In this document: in pieces, positions 33,333 to 40,846 of the stretch
How positions within the stretch are numbered: position 1 is the first letter of the stretch
Layout of the letters: each line of letters starts with the position of its first letter
IMG/VR virus record: IMGVR_UViG_3300026518_000009
Location: 16,247 to 80,246 of that record
Reading direction: 5' to 3' (one strand)
Source: a virus
Length of the DNA: 64,000 nt
The notes under the pieces: generated by a model
Seen by the model: the letters and a program-made list of their open reading frames with translations, nothing else
The model's database searches: none
Told to the model about the DNA's origin: nothing
Position numbers and translations under genes: made by a program

Positions 33333-34763
33333 TTAATATAAAATTATTGCTTTACTTTTAGCTCTACTTAATCCTGTATATAATAATCTATTTCTAGTTT
33401 CTATTACATTAGGATTATTATTTGTATTAGTTCTTGGTGAACGTTTATTTCCATTATAATATATTATATCTAAACTATCTATAAATACTGTATCTATACT
33501 ACTACCTTGAGCTTTATGAGTAGTTATAGCATATCCATAATCAAGTTCTTTTTTAACAAACGCAACTTTTTGTTTACGATTATTAAATAACTCAAAATCA
33601 ATCATAGTTAAATATAGATGTTTAAAATTATAATACATTTTCCATAATTCACCTTTTTTAATTAAATCACCATATAATGCATTATGATGTAGTTGATATA
33701 ATTTATTATAATAATTAACAAATGTTTTACTATTATGGTCAACTACATTAACCGTATGAATGAAACCAGTATCTAAATCTTTTAATGTTGCAACAAACAT
33801 ATCAAATTTATAATCAGATGTCTTTTTATATACATCTATAACAATATAATCATTACTATTTATTATTATAGGTGATATAAATTCATCAACAATAGTTTGA
33901 TAACCAGTTAATATATCATTTTTAACCAATATATCTTTACTTTCTGTTAATTTACCTCTAATATATCTATTCCAACTGTTTATTCTATCATTAGTATATG
34001 CACATAACTTATAACTATTAACATCTTTTTTATATTTATCACTTTTAAAAGCATCTACAACTAGTTTAGAAAATATAATTCCATCTACCATTTCATACCC
34101 GACATTATTATTTATATTTGTTTTATGAGACTTAATGTAATTTATAAATTTTGCAGTATTATGTTCAACATCATATCTTAATAATTCAAATAGTTTATGT
34201 AATGGATTATTTAAACTTTGTCTAACAACATCTACTAATTCAGTGCCATATTCATTATTAAAAACAGGCGAAAGCTTAATACTATGATTCATTACAGGTG
34301 GTAATTGAAGTTTATCACCAATATATATAATTTTAGTATTATATTGTATTGATCTAATATCATTTAACTTTTTTAAATCAGGTGAAATCATACTAGCTTC
34401 ATCTACTATAATAATATTAAAATTTATAAATTTATTACTACCTAATGTTTCAAATTTTAATTTATCAATATTAAAATTTTCTAATGCAAAATTAGGTCTA
34501 AGTCCATGTAAACTATGTAATGTATGTCCTTTAACTCCAGTAAATTTTTCAATTACTCTTACTGCTTTATGAGTCGGAGCAGATACACATATCCTTTTAT
34601 TTTTAAATAATTCTTTTATAATATATTTAACTATAAATGATTTACCAGTTCCAGCTTCTCCACTAATTGTATATGAAAGACTTTTATTATTATTATACCA
34701 ATCTTTTATATCTTCTAATAATCTTTTTTGACTATTAGTAAATGTTACTTTTGTATTTTTCAT
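33333..34763 (-). CDS. SF1B RecD/Dda-like helicase
   Basis: GEAGTGKS, APTHKA, DEASM, GDKLQLPPV, VVRQ, YAITTHKAQGS, LYTGLSRA. Confidence 0.93.
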   Translation of the reverse strand: MKNTKVTFTNSQKRLLEDIKDWYNNNKSLSYTISGEAGTGKSFIVKYIIKELFKNKRICVSAPTHKAVRVIEKFTGVKGHTLHSLHGLRPNFALENFNIDKLKFETLGSNKFINFNIIIVDEASMISPDLKKLNDIRSIQYNTKIIYIGDKLQLPPVMNHSIKLSPVFNNEYGTELVDVVRQSLNNPLHKLFELLRYDVEHNTAKFINYIKSHKTNINNNVGYEMVDGIIFSKLVVDAFKSDKYKKDVNSYKLCAYTNDRINSWNRYIRGKLTESKDILVKNDILTGYQTIVDEFISPIIINSNDYIVIDVYKKTSDYKFDMFVATLKDLDTGFIHTVNVVDHNSKTFVNYYNKLYQLHHNALYGDLIKKGELWKMYYNFKHLYLTMIDFELFNNRKQKVAFVKKELDYGYAITTHKAQGSSIDTVFIDSLDIIYYNGNKRSPRTNTNNNPNVIETRNRLLYTGLSRAKSKAIILY

Positions 34764-35083
34764 TAGAATGTTAATTTATTAATATCAAATACTCTTAATA
34801 TTGCAACAGCATATACATTATCTATATTATCATTCTTAAAATACATTGTATTAAATATACTCATATTTTTATCAACTAATGATATTTGATTATCATCTGC
34901 TAATATAAATGTATCATATTTATCTCTTACATATTTTAAAAATGTATATAATTGTAAATTAAGAGATAGACTTATAAACGCTTTGGCATCTAATCCACCT
35001 ACATAATTTACTTTGTACCATTTTATGAAATCTGTTAATTCTTTTTGGTATGATTCTACCAAAATTGTTATTAATTCGTTCAT
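34763..35083 (-). CDS. hypothetical protein
   Basis: 106-aa ORF abutting the helicase. Confidence 0.65.
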   Translation of the reverse strand: MNELITILVESYQKELTDFIKWYKVNYVGGLDAKAFISLSLNLQLYTFLKYVRDKYDTFILADDNQISLVDKNMSIFNTMYFKNDNIDNVYAVAILRVFDINKLTF

Positions 35084-35219
35084 ATTTATAATGTTTTATT
35101 TCACTAAATTTATCTTTAATACTATTAATAATTATATTTAATGTAACTAAATTTATATCGCTTGTAATTACAGTAATAAATATTTTATCTTTAGTATAGA
35201 AATATATTTTAAATCTCAT
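34959..35219 (-). CDS. hypothetical protein
   Basis: Plausible 5' half; long 3' overlap with the next gene. Confidence 0.4.
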   Translation of the reverse strand: MRFKIYFYTKDKIFITVITSDINLVTLNIIINSIKDKFSEIKHYKYERINNNFGRIIPKRINRFHKMVQSKLCRWIRCQSVYKSIS

Positions 35220-35239
35220 AATATTTATATTTTATTAAA

Positions 35240-35476
35240 TTATTCATAAAACTCATTTATTGTAATATAATTACCAAATCTATATTCAAATAAATAATTT
35301 TTATTATACCAATATCCTTGTTTTTTATTATATTTAAAACCATATTCTTTCATAGTTTTAAATGCTTCTGCTTTAGTATTAAATAACATACAAGTTCGGC
35401 TATATCCATTATATATTTTAACTATTGTATATACTTTTTTATAACATCCTGTATGTTCAGTTTTTTTACAATTCAT
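35240..35476 (-). CDS. hypothetical protein
   Basis: 78-aa ORF. Confidence 0.6.
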   Translation of the reverse strand: MNCKKTEHTGCYKKVYTIVKIYNGYSRTCMLFNTKAEAFKTMKEYGFKYNKKQGYWYNKNYLFEYRFGNYITINEFYE

Positions 35477-35549
35477 AATATTATTTTTTAATTATGCTAT
35501 AAATACCAATATAAAAGAAAATGCCGAATTATTATTTGTATTATCTTTT

Positions 35550-35885
35550 CTACATTATTTTCTTTATAATAAACTTATTGTTTTCTATTATACCTTTTAT
35601 CTTTTGACCATGTTTAACTACACTCCAATATTGTGTTATTATATTACATTTAGTACAATTACCTTTATTATTCCTCTTTGTCCAAGCAATATGTTTATTA
35701 TTTTCAGGTTTAGAATATAAATATTTATATAATTTATTATTATTTATATCTAAATTATCTATATATAACTCAACTTCATTAGATAATATAGCAGTAAATT
35801 TACCATTATAATATTTAATTCTAGCAATTCTAAGATTATCTCTAACCTTAGAATTGCTATTAATTAATCCATCCTTAAAATTCAT
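35550..35885 (-). CDS. hypothetical protein
   Basis: 111-aa ORF with a CTKC motif. Confidence 0.6.
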   Translation of the reverse strand: MNFKDGLINSNSKVRDNLRIARIKYYNGKFTAILSNEVELYIDNLDINNNKLYKYLYSKPENNKHIAWTKRNNKGNCTKCNIITQYWSVVKHGQKIKGIIENNKFIIKKIM

Positions 35886-35888
35886 ATT

Positions 35889-36383
35889 TTATTTTGTTAT
35901 TATTGTACAAATTACTCTTTTATCAGGTCTAGATATAATTTTAAATCTATGTCGTCTAACATCTTCAATATCTTCTCCATTAATATTAACAGTATATTTT
36001 CTACCATTAATATTAGTTATAACTCCTTGTTGAGATTTAAAATTATATTTTGCAAGATTATGTAATAAAGGTTTAAATACTACAACAATATCTCCTATTT
36101 CAACTTTATTAGGAATTATTTGTCTTGTATATTCAAATTTATCACCATCATGTACTAAATTATATTGTTGATAGTTTAATTCACCTTTAATATTATTATT
36201 AACAACATAATATTTCATCAGTTTACAATCTGTCTTATTAACTATAACATTATTAGTTAAAGTTAATCGTACTTTACCTACTTTCTTTACCGTATAAAAT
36301 AAATTATTATATTTAATTATACAACCTTTTACAAAATGTAATGTAGGATTTAATACTGGAAAAAGTTTTATTATACCTTTCAT
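35889..36383 (-). CDS. hypothetical protein
   Basis: 164-aa ORF, SH3/KOW-like beta-rich segments. Confidence 0.65.
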   Translation of the reverse strand: MKGIIKLFPVLNPTLHFVKGCIIKYNNLFYTVKKVGKVRLTLTNNVIVNKTDCKLMKYYVVNNNIKGELNYQQYNLVHDGDKFEYTRQIIPNKVEIGDIVVVFKPLLHNLAKYNFKSQQGVITNINGRKYTVNINGEDIEDVRRHRFKIISRPDKRVICTIITK

Positions 36384-36389
36384 AATATT

Positions 36390-36494
36390 TTAAATTATTT
36401 TAATTAATAAATATATTGCAGCAATAATAAGTATACTTATTAGAAATATAACTATTATATTACCTGCAATGATTAATATTTTATCTGTTTTCAT
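36390..36494 (-). CDS. single-TM microprotein (34 aa)
   Basis: MKTDKILIIAGNIIVIFLISILIIAAIYLLIKII; ATGA-coupled to the upstream microprotein. Confidence 0.55.
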   Translation of the reverse strand: MKTDKILIIAGNIIVIFLISILIIAAIYLLIKII

Positions 36495-36610
36495 AATATA
36501 GATATTAAATTACTAATAATTATATAAAATCCATATATAGCAATAGCAATAGCTCCAATTAATGTTAATGTTGAACCTACTACTACTATAAAATTTACAA
36601 TAGTTTTCAT
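36491..36610 (-). CDS. single-TM microprotein (39 aa)
   Basis: MKTIVNFIVVVGSTLTLIGAIAIAIYGFYIIISNLISIL. Confidence 0.55.
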   Translation of the reverse strand: MKTIVNFIVVVGSTLTLIGAIAIAIYGFYIIISNLISIL

Positions 36611-36622
36611 TTTATTATGTTT

Positions 36623-36690
36623 TAAAAAGAGTGTGCAACCGTGTATTATCCATCTCCTCTGCCCCACTTTCGGTAATTGTTACACACTCT
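36623..36690 (-). ncRNA. Candidate structured RNA / terminator-like hairpin with large purine-rich loop
   Basis: 12-bp stem AGAGUGUGUAAC/GUUGCACACUCU (U-G pair only on the minus strand) followed by UUUU. Confidence 0.45.
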
Positions 36691-36695
36691 ACTAT

Positions 36696-36956
36696 TTAAT
36701 TATATTTAAAAGTTAAACATGGATATAAATTATCAATGCTTACATTATGTAATTCATCAATAATTTCAATTATTGCTGTATTATCATCATTATTAACTTC
36801 TACAACAACTCCTAAATAACGTTCTTCACCAAGATAATATATTATTTTATCACCTGGTTTTAAATTAGATTTCATTCTCTTTGTTTGTGTTTCTATATAC
36901 CATACATATCTAACACCTAATAATAATAATATTATTATTCCTATTTTAAGTATCAT
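36696..36956 (-). CDS. membrane-anchored small protein (N-terminal TM + KOW/SH3-like domain)
   Basis: Hydrophobic N-terminus, LKPGDKI...GVVVEV; YajC-like architecture. Confidence 0.65.
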   Translation of the reverse strand: MILKIGIIILLLLGVRYVWYIETQTKRMKSNLKPGDKIIYYLGEERYLGVVVEVNNDDNTAIIEIIDELHNVSIDNLYPCLTFKYN

Positions 36957-36988
36957 TGTTTTTATTATTTATGATTAATAAATATATT

Positions 36989-37258
36989 TAAACACTATGC
37001 TTACTCATAGTGTTAAGGAACTTAATTAATACTAAATATATTAATCGACCTTACATCTAAATCGTTGACAGTAAGATTACTTGTTCCACTTATAACTTAT
37101 CTAGAATTTATAAGGTATCTTTACAATTAGTTGAACAAGTTTAACTCTAATTGCAGTCCTCACTAATGTAGAGCAACTATCACTTTCTTAAATGCTATTA
37201 TATCTCTAACCTTATATCTCAATTGAGTATATAAGTAACTTGATTATAGCTGTCATAT
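36989..37258 (-). ncRNA. Candidate ~270-nt multibranch, pseudoknotted structured RNA
   Basis: Seven helices and two long-range loop pairings found by eye; three mismatches on + become G-U pairs on -. Confidence 0.6.
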
Positions 37259-37260
37259 AG

Positions 37261-37584
37261 TTAGTTATTAAATAATAAACCTCCTATTGCAGCTCCTAAC
37301 ATTAATGTTAATATTAAAAATGTAAGTAACCAACCAATTGTTAGATTATTTACATTATCAGTACCAGATACTATTATTGCTTTATAATATTTATTATTTT
37401 GTTTAATAATAATATTATTTTTAATATTACCAATATTTGAAACATGTACCATCAATACTGTATCAGCTTTATTAGCATTAAATATTTTCATTGCAGATAA
37501 TGGAATACTATTTACTTGCTTTACTGTTGTACTACATGCAGAAACTAACATTATTGTAAATAGAATAATAATTAATTTTTTCAT
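37261..37584 (-). CDS. putative lipoprotein with C-terminal TM helix
   Basis: Signal peptide MKKLIIILFTIMLVSA-C; C-terminal hydrophobic helix. Confidence 0.75.
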   Translation of the reverse strand: MKKLIIILFTIMLVSACSTTVKQVNSIPLSAMKIFNANKADTVLMVHVSNIGNIKNNIIIKQNNKYYKAIIVSGTDNVNNLTIGWLLTFLILTLMLGAAIGGLLFNN

Positions 37585-37612
37585 TATTTTAATATTATTT
37601 ATGATTAATAAA

Positions 37613-37735
37613 ATTACTACCTTTAAAACTATTTCTAGTAAAACTTGGTAGTATCGAAATTAGTTTTAATTATTGTGGCATCTCACCACTTTACACTAAT
37701 ATTAAGTGTGGCTGTTGTAACTAGCTTAACCGGTC
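37613..37735 (-). ncRNA. Candidate structured leader: small hairpins + H-type pseudoknot
   Basis: UUAAAACUA.UUUC/GAAA.UAGUUUUAA stem; loop UACUACC pairs with downstream GGUAGUA. Confidence 0.5.
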
Positions 37736-38154
37736 TATTTTTTATAATATTTTATTTTTGTACTTTTTTACATTACATTATATAAACAAATTATATATTA
37801 TTAATAAAATATAGTAAAATGTTTATTATTTACTAAATGTTGATTATTATTGATTAATGCTTATTGCATGATTTATAGATAGTTATTAAATAGTGATTAA
37901 TAAGTATGTAATAATGATTAGAAAATTACATTATATAATAAGGGGAAAATAGAGAGAGTTATGGTGAGAAGTAAAGAGGGAAGAAGGGATAGTTCCACAC
38001 TTCATTCTTTATCTTTACATTAATTACATTTATGTATTATCCTTCATTTTATCTTTCACAAAATATTTATTATTTTCTTGTTATTTATAATTTATAATTC
38101 TATTTATTACTTTATTACATCATTTATCTATATCTTGATAGTATATGTTTGTAT

Positions 38155-38379
38155 TTAAGATATTGGTTCTTCAATTAAAGAATCATCTATTTCAACTGTT
38201 TCTATTGCAACTATTTTAAATATAGGTATATATTTATTAGAAGAAAAATAATTATAACCTAATACTTCATATGCAATTTTAATAACATTAATACCAAGTT
38301 TTTCAACTTTACTATTATTTGTAGCAAGATATTCTTTTACTACATTTCCTTCTTCTGCATAAATTTTATTAAAAATCAT
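38155..38379 (-). CDS. hypothetical protein
   Basis: 74-aa ORF. Confidence 0.6.
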   Translation of the reverse strand: MIFNKIYAEEGNVVKEYLATNNSKVEKLGINVIKIAYEVLGYNYFSSNKYIPIFKIVAIETVEIDDSLIEEPIS

Positions 38380-38404
38380 TATCTTAAATTTTTATTTTAT
38401 TATA

Positions 38405-38439
38405 TAAAAAAAGCAACAGGATATTTCTACCCTGCTGCT
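38405..38439 (-). terminator. Intrinsic terminator
   Basis: AGCAGCAGGGUA-GAAA-UAUCCUGUUGCU followed by a U-run on the minus strand. Confidence 0.85.
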
Positions 38440-38447
38440 ATGTTGTT

Positions 38448-38843
38448 TTATGATTCTGTTGATACAGCTTCTTCTTGTTGAGCTTTAACAATTTCATCAC
38501 CAATCAAGACATCATCAACGATATTAACATCACCAATCAAAGATGTAGCCTGAATAATCTCAATAGGTGAAGAAATTTCACCAAGATTTGTTACAGACCA
38601 AACTTTAGATATACCATTTCTTCCATCGTGTGTCTGATATTCATGGCGACGATTGGTATCATTTACAGAAATTGCATAAGTTTTACCAACTTCAAATCCA
38701 TACATTTCTGCGGATGTTCCAGCCATTACTATCATACTACGTGGATATGCTCCAGCAATTGGAGAACAAAATACAGGCATCTTACCTTGTTTATCAGGAA
38801 CAGTACTTCCCTGATATTCACTAATTTTTACTACTGCGTTCAT
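38448..38843 (-). CDS. first leftward gene; hypothetical, possibly OB-fold-like
   Basis: 131 aa, visibly higher GC, own terminator, acidic C-terminal tail. Confidence 0.8.
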   Translation of the reverse strand: MNAVVKISEYQGSTVPDKQGKMPVFCSPIAGAYPRSMIVMAGTSAEMYGFEVGKTYAISVNDTNRRHEYQTHDGRNGISKVWSVTNLGEISSPIEIIQATSLIGDVNIVDDVLIGDEIVKAQQEEAVSTES

Positions 38844-38859
38844 AGCTATAAATTTTTGT

Positions 38860-38931
38860 GCAATAGTCCTGAGCTATTGCGGTTATTGTTAAATCTGTAT
38901 CCAGGAAATACAGATACCAACGGGGATACCG
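38860..38931 (-). promoter_or_regulatory. Twin hairpins with complementary loops in the 5' leader
   Basis: GCAATAG/CTATTGC and ATCTGTAT/ATACAGAT stems; loops TCCTGAG and CCAGGAA. Confidence 0.6.
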
Positions 38932-38979
38932 CAGGCTGAATTTTAGTATGGGGTCTAAGAATAAGGTGTTCCACACTCT

Positions 38980-39135
38980 CATTAACATTAACATTAACAT
39001 AAAAAATTAATATCAACATTAATATAAATATCAATATCAACGTTAACATTAGCATTAATACTTTCACTAATACTAATATTAACATTAATCTTATTACTAT
39101 AATCAATATTTATCTTAATATAAACATTTATATTA
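38980..39135. repeat. Degenerate hexamer tandem array (consensus YATYAA, ~25 units)
   Basis: CATTAA CATTAA CATTAA CATAAA...TATCAA CATTAA TATAAA TATCAA TATCAA CGTTAA CATTAG CATTAA... Confidence 0.85.
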
Positions 39136-39428
39136 TTTATAATTCCTATATAATCTATAATATAATATTAATTTTTATTAACATTTATTATAGTTATATA
39201 TTATAAATGATATATATTTTAATAATTGTATTTATATAATATTAGGAATATTATTACTAAGCGGGGATATAAATATAATATATATAGTAGTGGGGTATTT
39301 ATATAAAAGTAAAGTAGGAATAGTATTACAATAACATTACTGTATTTTATTTCTATTGGTATTTATATTTTGTAATATAGTTTTAGTGTAGTTTTAATAT
39401 ATGTATTAATAAGTATTATATTAAAAGT

Positions 39429-39469
39429 AATATTAAGAGTATTATAATTATTAATATTAAGAGTATTAT
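39429..39469. repeat. 17-bp direct repeat
   Basis: AATATTAAGAGTATTAT at 39429 and 39453. Confidence 0.7.
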
Positions 39470-39518
39470 TATTTATTAATATTTGTTTATTTATATTTGC
39501 TTTGCTAAGATTATTTGG

Positions 39519-39550
39519 CAAAGTTATAATATTTTTTTAATATATTCAAG
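39519..39550 (-). promoter_or_regulatory. Bacteroidota sigma-A-type promoter (leftward)
   Basis: CTTG-N20-TAACTTTG on the minus strand. Confidence 0.6.
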
Positions 39551-39730
39551 TATTTTAACATTTTTTAACTTATGAATATATAATTATATATAATATAGTT
39601 ATATATATTAATATTAATGTAAATTACTATTTATTAATAAGTTATTAATATACATTATAATATAGTTACTATCCTATACTTTATTATATATATTACACAA
39701 GAATAAATATTAATTATTTTTACATTATAG

Positions 39731-39761
39731 CTTGATTTTTGAAAATATTTGATTATTTTTG
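39731..39761 (+). promoter_or_regulatory. Bacteroidota sigma-A-type promoter (rightward)
   Basis: CTTG-N19-TATTTTTG upstream of the late module. Confidence 0.55.
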
Positions 39762-39822
39762 CATATAAATAATGATTATGATTTATTTTTAATTTATACT
39801 TTTGTGTGTTGTTATGGTGAAT

Positions 39823-39860
39823 ATAAGTTAGGGGAGTTTAATTATTCCTCTAACTTATTT
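39823..39860 (+). terminator. Hairpin in the leader of the late module (terminator/attenuator-like)
   Basis: ATAAGTTAGGGGAG...TTCCTCTAACTTAT with G-U pairs on +. Confidence 0.6.
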
Positions 39861-39917
39861 AATAAGAATAATAATAATTTAATTAATATATTTAATAACA
39901 GTTTAAATTTATAACTT

Positions 39918-40316
39918 ATGAATGAAGTAAAAGAAGAATTTAAAACAGAAACAAAGTATCAACCAGTAAATGGTAGAATGCTAATTAAAGTAGTAACAGA
40001 AGATTTTCCTACAATGAATATTATGACAGGAGCAAAGCCTAATACTATGGGTTCTATAAAAATGTTTATTGCTGGAACTAGTATTTCTGGATATAATCTA
40101 GGAGATGAAGTATTAGTAGAACCACGAGAGATTGCTAATCCTGATAATAAAATATTTGATGATGATAATGAAAGAAGTTATTCTAGTATTAAAGCTCATA
40201 TAAATAGTTTAAAGAAAAGTGAGTATGATGAGTTTGTTAAAAAGAATCCTAGATTATCTATTGTTGAATATGTAATTATTCATAATAATTTTATAATCGC
40301 TAAAGTTGTTAAATAA
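39918..40316 (+). CDS. GroES-like co-chaperonin homolog (putative)
   Basis: YQPVNGRMLIKV...NLGDEVLV...EYVIIHNNFIIAKV follows the GroES strand pattern. Confidence 0.55.
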   Translation: MNEVKEEFKTETKYQPVNGRMLIKVVTEDFPTMNIMTGAKPNTMGSIKMFIAGTSISGYNLGDEVLVEPREIANPDNKIFDDDNERSYSSIKAHINSLKKSEYDEFVKKNPRLSIVEYVIIHNNFIIAKVVK

Positions 40317-40318
40317 TA

Positions 40319-40804
40319 ATGGGTATAGTTAATGATTCATCAAATAATTTAATTAATAATATTAATAATATATTATTAGGAACGACAAAATATGATGATT
40401 ATATATTATTAGAAGATGATGATAAATTAATAGTTATTCAATTAATGAAATTAGCATTTAAACATGTATTTAAAAAATTAGTTGAATCTAAATTACCAGT
40501 ACATTTACCATATATAGGAACATTAAAAATAAAAGAAATAAATAAAATAGCATTGAGAGTTAAAGATGAAGTTGCTATTGAATTTGGATATGAATCATTT
40601 AATAATATACCTAGTGATATAGATAAAGATAAATTATTAGAAATAAAAAATATTATTTCAAAAAGAATAATTATTGAAAATAACAATAGAAAAGAGTTAC
40701 AAAATAGTATCAAAGCAAAATTAAAATTAGAAAAAGAAAAGAATAGACGGTTATCTAATAACAAGATATTAACCTTTGATATTAATAAAATAAACAAAAA
40801 ATAA
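40319..40804 (+). CDS. IHF/HU-like DNA-binding protein (divergent)
   Basis: Helix + VHLPYIGTLKIK motif; crAss-like locus. Confidence 0.55.
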   Translation: MGIVNDSSNNLINNINNILLGTTKYDDYILLEDDDKLIVIQLMKLAFKHVFKKLVESKLPVHLPYIGTLKIKEINKIALRVKDEVAIEFGYESFNNIPSDIDKDKLLEIKNIISKRIIIENNNRKELQNSIKAKLKLEKEKNRRLSNNKILTFDINKINKK

Positions 40805-40814
40805 TGTATAAACA

Positions 40815-40846
40815 CTTGACTTTATAATATTTTTGTGTATCTTTGC
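40815..40846 (+). promoter_or_regulatory. Bacteroidota sigma-A-type promoter
   Basis: CTTG-N19-TATCTTTG. Confidence 0.65.

Noticed and set aside
36989-37258. Lysine riboswitch, RNase P or group I intron identity for the structured RNA
   Set aside because: Only isolated short words match (GAGG, ACUGUC, GAAAGU); conserved core spacing and helices do not fit
38846-39106. 86-aa minus-strand ORF (MLMLTLILIF...NVNVNE)
   Set aside because: It is the translation of the hexamer array and structured leader; likely non-coding
36600-39920. CRISPR array or tRNA/tmRNA in the non-coding region
   Set aside because: No equal-length repeats with unique spacers; no T-arm GTTCRA or cloverleaf; no tmRNA termini
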